Shown here: piece by piece, positions 37,124-49,045 of the stretch
How positions within the stretch are numbered: the stretch's first letter is position 1
How the letters are laid out: the number at the start of each line of letters is the position of its first letter
Assembly: GCA_964016885.1 (NCBI GenBank)
Contig: OZ024743.1
Location: forward strand, 71,858,001-71,922,000
Direction of reading: 5' to 3'
DNA: 64,000 bases
From: Eledone cirrhosa
Taxonomy: Eukaryota
Made by a program: the position numbers and the translations under genes
The notes under the pieces: generated by a model
What the model was told of the DNA's origin: nothing
The model's database searches: none
The model's input: the letters and a program-made list of their open reading frames with translations, nothing else

Positions 37124-37861
37124 CATATTGTTCTGTCCATTCAGCCCTCCCTCACCGTTATTCCCATTCTATTTCTCTTACCATCTAGCTCCACACACAC
37201 ACACACAAACACACACACACTCACACACACACACACACATAGGCAGACATTATTTCTCGCATCCATCTCATACTAACTCATTCGAATATGATGATTCATA
37301 GAGAAATACAAAGTATACTAGAATTCCATTAGATGTTAATCCAGGTTGTTAGGTTCCTAATTTATAGCTGAATCTGCTATTTTATTCAAACCTAAGCTTT
37401 TACGTCCAACAATTTATTCTACATTTCCGATTCGTTCCTTCTTAACTGATAGAAAAATGATTAAAGTACTAACCAAGCTGGGAAGTAGATTAAAGAGATG
37501 CAACTCTCAAACAGCTGTAAATTTATTTCATTTTTTTTTTATTTAAGAAAATAAATGGAATAAATATTGATTATTTTGAAAATATCTATTTATTGATCTG
37601 CTGATAATTTGCCATGTGGTTACAGAGTTCACCTCACACCCTCGTGCTTCTGTTTCTAATCTCGCTGCATGACTCCTTGGGCATGCGTCTTTTACTATAG
37701 TCTCGGGTTGAGCAATTCTTTGAGTGGAATGTGGTAGAAAAAACTGCAGTGGCCCGCTATATATGCTTCATAAGGTTGCACACATTTCATTTTTATTCAT
37801 ATTCCATGCTTCAAGCACACGACAGCAACTTATATGTGAAAGAGAGAGAAAGGGAGAGAGA

Positions 37862-37953
<92 letters not shown>

Positions 37954-38452
37954 AAGGGAGGGAGAGAAAGAGAGATTTTATTAATGGTCAATTGTATCAA
38001 AACAGCTATCTATGAATCTTTCTATTTTAGGAGTATAAAAACATGTTTCTGTTTGTTTATATACATAACCTTTGATTGTCCTACCTACGTGTCTAATTCC
38101 ATAGATATCTGTTTATCTAAATAAAGAAACATATTTGTATATGCATATTTACCAATATATATTCAACCCCAATAACAAGGCAGAAATTCCAATAACATTC
38201 CTAAGATAGCCAGATAGTTAATATAGAGTCATAAAAGGGAATCCAAACAATTCGGCAATCAAAGAATTTTTAACTTGAATATTTTTACAATAAATTGTTA
38301 TATCGGTGGACTCTTTTCATATTACCTACTCAACTACCCTACGTACAGAGTACTCTTATGCGTTACGGTCCACCTGGTATCTTACAACACCCTCTTTTGT
38401 TATATACATATATAGTTATATATATATATATATATATATATTTTATATATTT

Positions 38453-39061
38453 ATATATGTGAAAAAATGGGGAGAAGAATACTGCAGGTTGCACATGGAT
38501 AACATGTTATAAAATGAGTCCCTCATCAGTGATTTGCCAACGATCATAGATATTTCATTGCATTAAAAATCATATACCTCACGTTGGTGCAATAATAACT
38601 AAATTAAGTTATTAGGACAATTAAAACGCGTAAAGCGAGTGAGACAAGTAAACAACAAAGAGGAAAGCTAACCGTAGATAGGAAGGGCACAAGCTACATA
38701 GTTATTCTGTCAGCATAAGCTGGGTGAAAATATGTGCGCGTAGAAAAAAGACCTTTCGAGATGAATCCAAATGTAAGAAAGAAGGAAATTGTATTCGTCG
38801 CGAACGGGTTGAAGTGAGAAGGGGAGAAACAGTGAGTGAGTGAGTGGAAGTGTGAGGAAGAGGTCAGTAGAGAGAACGTGTTAACTGACATGACAGAGGG
38901 GGCGAAAAAAAGTAAGAGAAACAGAGAAAACGAGGGAGCAGTAAGAGAGAGAGAGAAAAAAACAGAATCGCAGTTTAGGTAAATATATGTGAAAAAATGG
39001 GGAGAAGAATACTGCAGGTTGCACATGGATAACATGTTATAAAATGAGTCCCTCATCAGTG
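38453..39061 (-). mobile_element. 530 bp non-coding unit with 79 bp terminal direct repeats, carrying an atypical hammerhead-like motif
   Basis: 38453-38531 matches 38983-39061; homologous to 45836-46487. Confidence 0.7.
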
Positions 39062-39311
39062 TGTATATATATACACACACATATTTTTAGGACACGCTGT
39101 GTCATCAATGATATAATTAACGATAAACGTTGATTGCCAAATAAATTAACTATGAAGATATAAAAGATACAGAGGCGAAAACCAACCAAACAATGAGTTC
39201 TGTTATTATTTCTGACAATATTACAACAATATGACCCTCCCCAAGTATAACAATATATATATATATAGGAACGAGTAGGACCCCGACGGGTTCCTTACCA
39301 CATTTCTTCCG

Positions 39312-39376
<65 letters not shown>

Positions 39377-39607
39377 GGAAAACTATGAAGTTTCATTAAC
39401 AGGTTTTAGTTTAACAGATCAGAAGAAAATCTGCATTTTTTGTCAAATCACCAGTTCAATGATCAGATCGAAAATGGAGCTGGTTCTCTAACGTCTATGC
39501 GCAACCTTGAGCCAATACTAGAGAAAAAAATAACTAAATACAAACGAATCTCATGGAGAGCTTAACTTGTACCACCACTAGTAATTCTCTGAATCATATA
39601 TACACAC

Positions 39608-39692
<85 letters not shown>

Positions 39693-39981
39693 TATAAATA
39701 AAATAAAATGGCGAAGGCATTACAATACAACAGAAGGGAACATAACAGTACCACTGATGATGGGGCAGATATGCAACGAAAAACTTTGATAGACTATATA
39801 TATATATATTTATATCTGTATTTTTAACGGTTGGTGTCAGTCAATGATAAACGTTGATTGCCAAATAAATTAACTATGTAGATATAAAAGATACATAAGC
39901 GAAAACTAACTAAAGTGTGAGTGTGTTCTGTTATTATTTCTGGGGCAATATTATTACAACAATATGACACTCCCCAAGTAT

Positions 39982-40036
<55 letters not shown>

Positions 40037-40040
<4 letters not shown>

Positions 40041-40887
40041 AGACGTAAAATAAGAAAATTATAAAATTAACTTACTTACTAAAATATCACTTCCAACTAA
40101 TTAGTTTCTGGAATGGAGTAAATATATTTTCCGAAGAATAATATATAGAAGCATTCCGTCGTCAGGAAAGTCTATTCTCATGTAAGTTTCCAGGCAAAGC
40201 GAGGACACTGGAAACTTATTAAAAAATAATTCAGTGGATAGGAAATAGCAAAGCGTGGACTGAATTCCAAGCCATTGAGAAAATCACTGCCTTTACATCT
40301 GTGGCAAATTCAAAAAGAATCAAACACGTGACATCGAGGTCAATCAGTGGAAAGTGGTTTGCTAATAAGACAGCGGCCTGCCTACAACCGTAGCAGCAGT
40401 CATGGCCAATATTGCTCGACATATAATTTGGAGATAATAATAAAGAATTCATATCTAGTAACATATAAAATACATACAGATGCATATCAATGCTAGCAAA
40501 TATATAGGTTTTGTCTTAATAACAGTGTGGTTCAATGCATGGGGCTGCAGAACAATAATATAAGAGACGTAAAATAAGAAAATTATAAAATTAACTTACT
40601 TACTAAAATATCACTTCCAACTAATTAGTTTCTGGAATGGAGTAAATATATTTTCCGAAGAATAATATATAGAAGCATTCCGTCGTCAGGAAAGTCTATT
40701 CTCATGTAAGTTTCCAGGCAAAGCGAGGACACTGGAAACTTATTAAAAAATAATTTAGTGGATAGGAAATAGCAAAGCGTGGACTGGATTCCAAGCCATT
40801 GAGAAAATCACTGGCTCTACGTCTGTGGCAAATTCAAAAAGATTCGAACACGTGACATCGAGGTCAATCAGTGGAAAGTGGTTTGCT

Positions 40888-40892
<5 letters not shown>
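40037..40892 (-). repeat. Tandem 524 bp units (about 1.6 copies), one HHR per unit (40089-40171, 40613-40695)
   Basis: ACTTTC-CTGACGA-c-GGAATG...CATTCC-a-GAAA-CTAATTAG-TT-GGAAGT; (TA)n both sides. Confidence 0.9.
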
Positions 40893-40968
<76 letters not shown>

Positions 40969-41187
40969 GTTTACCAAACATAGAAGTAATGAGCTGCAGA
41001 GCAACATGAAAGCACTACTCCGAAGACACCAAATTACCAATGGAATTGTTGTGAAAGCTGACAAGACCTCTAACGTGTATACCATGGATATCGATACATA
41101 CAACAGCTTCATACGCAAGGAACTACACAAAAATATAGAAAAACAAGTGAAACTACGCTAGCAAATATTAACATCGAGGCATACAAG

Positions 41188-42453
41188 GTGGTGAAGAATC
41201 TCAAGATAGACGATAGAACCGAGCCGATTATACCCACAACCCCCACCTTTAACCTGAAGGACCATAAGGTAAATTTTGACTTTAACCCTAAGATTAGACT
41301 CATATGCCCTTCTAAACCAGACATAGGAAAAATTAACAAACATATACTTGACAGAGTAATAACTCAATTGAAAAAGAAAATAGAAATTAAATTATGGGGC
41401 AACACTAGCGAAGCAATTCGCTGGTTTAATAACGTTAAGAACAAGAATAAATCTAAGTTTATACAATTTGACATAGACGAATACTACTCTTCAATCTCAC
41501 CCGGCACTTTACGTAAGGCCATATCGTTTGCTAAAGTCAATTCCGACCTAACGGAGGACGAAATTAATATTATTCTAGAAGCTAGAAAAACTATTATCAA
41601 CTTTGATAACTGCTACTGGGAACTTAAGGACAGACCCACAAACTTCGACATTACCATGGGTTCCAACGACTCAGCGGAGGTCACCGATCTTGTGGGAATT
41701 TACATAGCCCACATACTACATGGTAAATTTAGTAATCTACAGGGGGGAATATATAGAGATGACGGGCTCTTATTAGTTAATAACTTAAATAACCCAAATC
41801 TTGAAAGGCTACGGAAAAACATTAGAAAATCTTTTAGTGAACTGGGTCTAAAAATAACGTACGAATACAATCTTAAAGTAGTAACTTTTCTAGACGTAAC
41901 TCTTAATTTAAATACCGGACTGATACGACCCTTCCACAAGATAAATGAGAACCTTACCTATATCAATTCTAACTCAAACCACCCACTTTCGATGATCAAA
42001 TCGGTTCCCCGTAGTATTTCTCTTAGAATCTCTCGCCTATCGTCTGACACTGAGATTTTTAGTGAACATGCTGAATACTATAATAAAGCATTAAGGAATG
42101 CCGACCACCGGGATACAATAGAATACATTGATAAGAATCTCCATAACACACATAGCTCTACACGAAATCAAGGAATACGTAACCAGGGTACTGAAATACA
42201 AGCGCACACACGGGGTACCACAAGACTTACTAATAATAGAAAATCATCACCAAATAAATCACGTTGTAGAAAGTATATCTGGTATAATCCCATTTTTAAT
42301 GCTTCGATTAGTACAAAACTATCTCTTTCATTTTTTAAGTTAATCAACAAGCATTTCCCTAGTTCCCATAAATACAGTAACATTCTGAACTCTAAAACTA
42401 TTAAACTATCATACTCCACGGCACCAAACCTTGAAGCATACATAAAAACTTAA
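41188..42453 (+). CDS. Penelope-like reverse transcriptase core (YRDD), open 421 aa segment
   Basis: ORF track plus RT motifs listed above. Confidence 0.9.
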   Translation: MVKNLKIDDRTEPIIPTTPTFNLKDHKVNFDFNPKIRLICPSKPDIGKINKHILDRVITQLKKKIEIKLWGNTSEAIRWFNNVKNKNKSKFIQFDIDEYYSSISPGTLRKAISFAKVNSDLTEDEINIILEARKTIINFDNCYWELKDRPTNFDITMGSNDSAEVTDLVGIYIAHILHGKFSNLQGGIYRDDGLLLVNNLNNPNLERLRKNIRKSFSELGLKITYEYNLKVVTFLDVTLNLNTGLIRPFHKINENLTYINSNSNHPLSMIKSVPRSISLRISRLSSDTEIFSEHAEYYNKALRNADHRDTIEYIDKNLHNTHSSTRNQGIRNQGTEIQAHTRGTTRLTNNRKSSPNKSRCRKYIWYNPIFNASISTKLSLSFFKLINKHFPSSHKYSNILNSKTIKLSYSTAPNLEAYIKT

Positions 42454-43518
42454 CTTAAAGCAATTAAACAACACTACAAAACAAAATAGTTTAATAACAG
42501 ATGAGCATAACGTAATATCTGCCTCCCAACAACACTAAATGGGAGACAGGTATTACACAACCCACCTGTACTGCTATCACAACCTATCCATGGTATACCC
42601 GCTATCCACAACAAAAACTGTAACTGCCACCTACCTGAAACATGTCCATTGAAGAATAAATGCCTCAAGTCCAACATTGTTTACCAATGCACTGTTGAAT
42701 CGAGTGTCCAGAAATGGTATTACATCGGGTCTACCACTACCTCCTTTAAATCTCGCTGGTACCGTCATCGATTCTCAATTAAACATCCTGATCACCGTTT
42801 TGTGACCACGCTCGCCAACAAGACCTGGCAACTCCGTGAACGCAACCAACAGTTCACCTTGAAATGGGATATACTTTCCAGCGCTAGTGCATATCGGAGT
42901 GGATTGAAGGTTATGTAACCTTGAACTCTTTTACATATTAAAATCAAAAAATAAATTACTAAATGAAAGAATCGAACGATCATTATACTGAAAGCTAAAT
43001 TCTCTCACTATAAAATAAATTAACATTCGAACCCGTAACTATAAAATTGCTTTCTAGCTAACCACTTTCTCTTCCCCGACACTACATACCCTGCTTATCA
43101 CTATAAATGGAAACTTAGTGCAATTCGCAGATTACTACTAATGAACCCAATGTACACCCACCCCATAGCTTTCGTCTGTCCCCTCTCGATCTCGCCCTCT
43201 CTATCCATTCTTCTCTCTCTCTCTCCCCCTAGGTCCACCCCCCTCTCCACATCTATGAAACTGCCCTCTGGGGCAATAAATAATCCCAATCATGACTATC
43301 AACGCATCGCTTAAGGTGGTCGCTTTAAGAGTAACCAGTATAATAAAACCCCTACCACAACATTTTGATTAAGATATCTACAAACCACTCTCTCCCATTT
43401 CTCCAACCCCTGTATATATATCTCTTTCTCTCCCTCTCTCCTCCTTTTCTCTCTTCCTTTTCTACTCTATCTTCCCCAATAACCTCACTTAAGGGAATTT
43501 ACATTGTACATTTTAACC

Positions 43519-43642
43519 ATTCTGCTCTGATGATACAGTGGTCACAGCATTTGATAATTGAGTTTTGCAAATAGTTATAAATGTGCACATAGCATAACTA
43601 GGCTGTATAACCACCGTGGAAACATTTGTAAGCACACAGAAT
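43519..43642 (+). ncRNA. Type I hammerhead with about 85 nt stem II region
   Basis: TGCT-CTGATGA-TAC.GTGGT.ACAGC...GCTGT..ACCAC.GTG-GAAA-CATTTG-TA-AGCA. Confidence 0.85.
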
Positions 43643-44394
43643 AAATTAACTTTTTATGATGTCTACCTGTTATTATTCATTCTTTATCGACACTCCGGAA
43701 TACAGAAGGATCAGGAACTAAGTTTCTTCAACTATTCTTCCATAACTCTTTGAGTAACCTCTCACCGTACGTCAACTCCATCCAGTGTAGTAATTAACCA
43801 TTACTGCATCCAGGATAATCCTATACCTAATATATATATATATATATGGAAAAAAGATGAACTCGAAAATGCAACTACAGTCTTTTTTTAAAAATATATT
43901 TATTAGGTTCCTTTACCGGTTTCGCAGTTCTTGTGTTTTTCAAAAGTAGAGTTGAGATGGAGGGTTTGTGGTTTTTTATATATATATATATACATATAGT
44001 GACGAAACATAAGTCAATTGCATGAACTCATAATCCTTTATTTACTACTATATATATTTCGATGATAGCCATTGAATGGCTATGACCACATTAGGCAGTT
44101 GGTCAGTTCTCAGATATGCCGTCTCTGTGTTTATGGTGTTGATGGTATCAGAGCCTTGGGACCTTGGGACCTTATATATATATAAGGTCGGAGCTGAGCA
44201 GTTGCCGTTTGAGCAGCTAGTTCCAATATGTTTTACTTTTACCCGCTCCTTCCTCTTCTAACATTTTATCTTTCTATTTTTTTTTTCTGACAATTTTCCT
44301 GCTATTTAAAGCTTTAAATTAATATATCTCTTCAAAGTAGTGTATCGTTTGCTTTGGTATTTCTGTTTACATTTACACGCACTCACACACACAC

Positions 44395-44483
<89 letters not shown>

Positions 44484-44561
44484 CCCAGTGTATTACTAAA
44501 ATAAAGTACCAGTAATACACTCTGATAATTGCTGGCCTTGTGCAAAATGTAGAAGCAATTT

Positions 44562-44595
<34 letters not shown>

Positions 44596-44860
44596 TATAA
44601 TAGCGCCTAATGAGTAGATTAAGTTCCATTATTATGAGGTGACAAGCCAAAAGTACAATGTGTTATTACAATCAAGAAATTATATAAAGAAAAATATCCC
44701 ATAGGGTAAGTTCCAATAAGATGATATTTTCATTTTAAGACAAAAAGTATATATATTTCTAAATTAATGTCATTTGTTATTAGTCAAATATACGTACAAT
44801 GAATAAATGACTTAATTCCACCTATAATCTTTGTTCTTCATTCATTCAATATATATATAT

Positions 44861-45825
44861 CTTCTTCTTCTAGGGCGGGTAAAATTCCCGAGATCCATGG
44901 ACGAGTTCTCTCCAGCGGTCTCTGTCGCTCATTATCGCTGCCATATCCTGCGTCTCCAACAGACCAGTGTCTGTCCTTAGGGCATCAACATACGTTAACC
45001 TTGGTCTTGCTCTTCCAGTGTGTCCATGTAGGGGCTCCCACAGGAGCACTGAGTGAAATGTCAACTCTGGATGTCGGTGAGCATGTCCAACTAACCTCAA
45101 TCTCATCTGTGTCACTTTTGAGCTGACTTTTGGGAGGCTTTCACACAGCTCTGAGTTTTTCATCCTCAGTGTATACTGATTAATGTTCAGAGCCCTTCTT
45201 AGCATTCTCGTGTAGCACCCATCCACCATCTGAGTGAGTTTCTTGGTCAGTATCCAAGTCTCAGACCAGTACATCAGCTCAGACTCCACTACAGCAATGA
45301 AGAGGCGGACTTTCAGGTCTTTACGAAGGTCCGACTTCCACACCGATCTCAAGCTGTGGCACGCCACCCAGGCTTTGCTCTTCCTCTCAACCACATCATC
45401 TTCCGTATTCCCAATCTTTGCTCCCAAATACAGGAAGTATTCTTTGATATACTGGCTGGAGTGCTCCAGGGAGATACATGTGCTCCCTACCTTTTTATCA
45501 TCCTAGTGAACTATTGTATGCGCCTTGCACTGGAGAAACACAAGGACTCTGGCTTTACTGTAACTCCGGCTCAGAGCAGGATTAAGGCGAAAAAGATATC
45601 GGAAGCTGAATTTGCCGACGACATAGTTTTGGTGACAAATACAGTGAAGGAGGCAGAGGATTTGATGCAGGAGGTTGAGACTGTGTCGATCAGTGTGTGG
45701 CTGAGAATGAAGGAGACTAAAACAAAATATCTGGTAGAGAATGTTGAGAAGCCAGAGGGGATCACTAATGCAGGCGGCAAGCCGCTAGAATTGGTTGAGG
45801 AATTCCTGTATTTGGGAGCAAAGAT
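44861..45825 (-). mobile_element. RTE-clade LINE fragment with 5' inversion
   Basis: Minus 44870-45436: KVRLF.AVVES.LMY.SETW.LT, GH..RH, DRDRWR, (GAA) tail; plus 45437-45825: GVLQGD..APYLF, EFADD, FLYLG. Confidence 0.9.
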
Positions 45826-45835
45826 ATATATATAT

Positions 45836-46485
45836 ATATGAATAAAGTTAGTCATCATCAGTGATCTTCCAACCATCATTGGTATTTCATCGCTTTAAAG
45901 ACCATATACCTCCGGTTGGTGCGAGCAACGGCTAAAAAAAGTCGTTGGGACACGTAAATAAAGGGGACACGAGAGTGTAAACAAACAAAGATGGTGAAGC
46001 AACGAAAAGTGAGGAAGAAGGAGTCAAGTCCCAAATTTCCATGAATATAAGTTCGGTGAAATCGTGAACGAGAGAGAATAAAGACCATCAAACCTGGTTG
46101 GAATGTGAGCAAGGAAGGAATTCCGTACAGGTCTAACGGGAGGAAGAAGGAATCTAGTCTGTGAATTCGGTAAACATAAGTTCTGTGAAATCGTAGACGA
46201 GAGAGAAAAAAAAAAGGAAACCTGCCTGACCAAGGGTGCGAAAGAAAATAATTACGCTCAGGTCAAACGGGAAGAAGGAGGAGGAGGAGGAGAGGTAGTA
46301 ACAGAGAGTGAGTGAGTGAAGGGTGAGGAATAGGCTAACAGAGAGAGTGACTGCTAGAGAGGGTAAAGATACAGAGAAAGAGAAAGCAGTAAGAACGAAA
46401 GAGACAGGTCACAGCGAGGGAAAAAATATGTGTAAATATGAGAATAAACGTGCTGCGTGGTTGCTAATGGGTTACATATGAATAA

Positions 46486-46487
<2 letters not shown>
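45836..46487 (-). mobile_element. 640 bp terminally redundant non-coding unit, homologue of 38453-39061
   Basis: ATATGAATAAAG at 45836 and 46476; internal duplication of about 130 bp period. Confidence 0.65.
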
Positions 46488-46584
<97 letters not shown>

Positions 46585-47454
46585 TATATACAGATATTAT
46601 TAATGAGCTCTATATATTACATTATATTCAACAATCTAACAAAACTTTTAACGGATATGCATTTAAACCCCCTTTTAAAAGAATAAAAACAGATTATTAA
46701 TGAGATTTCTTATTCGAAAATATAATTCCCTACAGGTAAAACTTCTTTCTGGCCACTCTAACACAATATAATATTTACACAAACTTTAGTATTTTCTTAC
46801 CTATATAGTATTTTATCTATTTTTCATCTAAATTTTACTTTCCTTTGGTTTCATTTATATTCCTCTACTTGTTCTATTTTTAGAACAAATTATTCCTCTC
46901 GAACAAAGAAATAACAAATATTTAGGAGTTCTATACTATTTTACTTGATGTAACACACTGATTTCTGGACCCTCTTCCTCCAACTGTAATCTTCTTTGAC
47001 CATCCACACTTTTCTATACAATATGTCTAAATTCCTTTACACTCGCAACTTTCCTTTCTTTTCTTAAAAGTCATTTGATGCCACATCCCCTGATGCTTAT
47101 TTATTCATCTACTACTACCAACTTAATGATCTATATTGGCCCTTCCTATTTTTACTATTGGTCAATCTCAACCTTGTTTATAAAACGTTACTTATTCATA
47201 TATATTTTTTTGTATTCTTCAATAAACAAAACTCATTATTTCTGAAGACGGCGGGTAGAGAAGACGTATGTATATTTTCTTACTATGATAATTTGTAATA
47301 GATTTTACATAGATTTTACATGGATTTTACATATTTAAACTGGCTTAAATACAAGGGGGATATTTTAAGAGATATGTTATCCTGTACAACTATCTATAAT
47401 CTGTAGAAATGGTAAACTTCAATTCAAAGGGGTAAAAAACAAACGAGAGAAAAT

Positions 47455-47810
47455 TATATTTATTTATTTATGTGTTTATTTACTTGTCACTAGTTGGCTG
47501 TTTGTTCTATCTGTGTGTGTGTGATTTATTTTATTAGCTTGGTTTGTGTGTGTGTGTATGTCTTCATTTTGTCCTTAATTACTAGTTGTGATGTTACTAT
47601 TCCAATCATGTTTTCTGTTTAATTTTGGTTGAAAGTTTGTTTATATTTGTCACCTCTGTGATTTGCCTGAGCATAGCATCTTTTCTGTGTGTGGATATAA
47701 TTTTTATCTCTATGTTCTCTAATGTACCCCTATGTTCTATTTCGACTTATTGGTTGAGTAATGATGAATTTTTCCCATCGCGGAGTTCTCACCAGTGAAC
47801 ACTGGCGAGT
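47455..47810 (-). mobile_element. Older degraded PLE family A GIY-YIG/3' UTR piece
   Basis: Aligns by eye to 12830-13135. Confidence 0.75.
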
Positions 47811-47926
47811 ACTGGACAGAACGGCAGTCCACCGCTGGAATTAAGCCCCCCCCCCTCGTCTGCTGCTGGAACTACTTTCCAGCTGAATATACTGGAGCAA
47901 CGTGAATGAAGTGTATATACATATGT

Positions 47927-47964
<38 letters not shown>

Positions 47965-48042
47965 GGATCTAGCTGTTGAAATGGCAGGAGCTCAGCTCTC
48001 GGGGCCCCGAATCTTTCATATATATATATATATATATATATA

Positions 48043-48852
48043 GGAAAATGTTCCGGACCGCGACGGCTGAGCTCAATCCGTTTCGAAGGCTATTTCTGGA
48101 CTAAATTAGAGTTTTAGCGTCTCCCTGTATCTCTTCTTCTTACTTCCTTCCACTCCCTCTCCTCTTCCTTTTCCTTTTTCCTCTTTTGCTTAATCTGAAG
48201 CAGCCCATCGAGCTCAGTACGCCCACCCCAGTAAATTCTATATACCACTGGTCGAAAACGCAATACCAACTGAAAGTATAGCAGCTGTTTTAGACTCTAC
48301 GTTTTTTTAAAATTATTTTTTATCATTTAATGTTTTAATATTGTTATTATATTTATTTATTATTTTTTAATTTTTTAATTTCAATTTATTAACTTTATAA
48401 TTTTATAACTTCCCACACTCAGATTCCTCTAGAATTCTTTTTTCGCATGCTTTCTAGTTAGCCTAATTTCGTCCACACTCCTTAGGATTTGCTGTATAGA
48501 ATTCACTTTCAACGCTTGATTAGCTCCACCCACTCCCTCATTGTTCTACAAGTAAAGTTCAGCCAACCCCACCTTCCACCCACCACCATGAAATATTTAA
48601 TTGTATATACAAGAAATTTTGACCAATCCTTTCGAGAACTACAATTTCCCATATAAGGAATTACCCCTTGAAAAGTTCGACTATTTATTACCACGCTACA
48701 AATATAATTTAGTCCAGAAATAGCCGTCGAAAGGGCTTGAGCTCTGCTGTCGGGGTCTTGAAAATATTCCTAACCCACTCTACTACCCTAATAATTGAGT
48801 ACTCTGGTGCGTTCCTTACCACACTGGTTCCTTACGACACTTCCTTCGTTAT
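48043..48852 (+). mobile_element. Fold-back non-coding insertion (pLTR-like); family ends also at 32382-32525, 38325-38395, 39268-39313
   Basis: 48043-48108 is the reverse complement of about 48706-48770. Confidence 0.7.
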
Positions 48853-48855
48853 ATA

Positions 48856-49045
48856 ATTATTTCTACTTTTGGCACAAGGCCAGCAATTATCCCAGTGCAT
48901 TACTGGTACTTTATTACATCGACCCCGTAAGGATGAAAGGCAAAGTTAACCTCAGCGGGATTTGAACTCACACCATAAAGGGCCGTAACTCTTTGCGTCA
49001 AAGCATTGCGTCCGACCCTCTACCAATACTGCCAATCCACCGCCC
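48856..49045 (-). mobile_element. Octopus-type tRNA-derived SINE, full length
   Basis: A/B boxes plus conserved core. Confidence 0.85.

Larger units (their letters stand above)
40966..43830 (+). mobile_element. Near full-length PLE family B (RT plus GIY-YIG, 3' UTR with HHR), frameshifted
   Basis: VVKADKTSNVY; FIQFDIDEYY; ITMGSNDSAEV; IYRDDGL; FLDVTLNL; SNHP; NIVYQC...YYIGSTTTSFKSRW. Confidence 0.92.

Noticed and set aside
39378-39470. HHR-like CTGATCA...GAAA-CTTCATAG-TT on the minus strand
   Set aside because: G8 is lost and there is no stem I; at best a relic
47236-47420. CTGAAGA...GAAA-TGG-TA related to the 3018-3147 family
   Set aside because: Stem III deleted and stem I weak; not counted as intact
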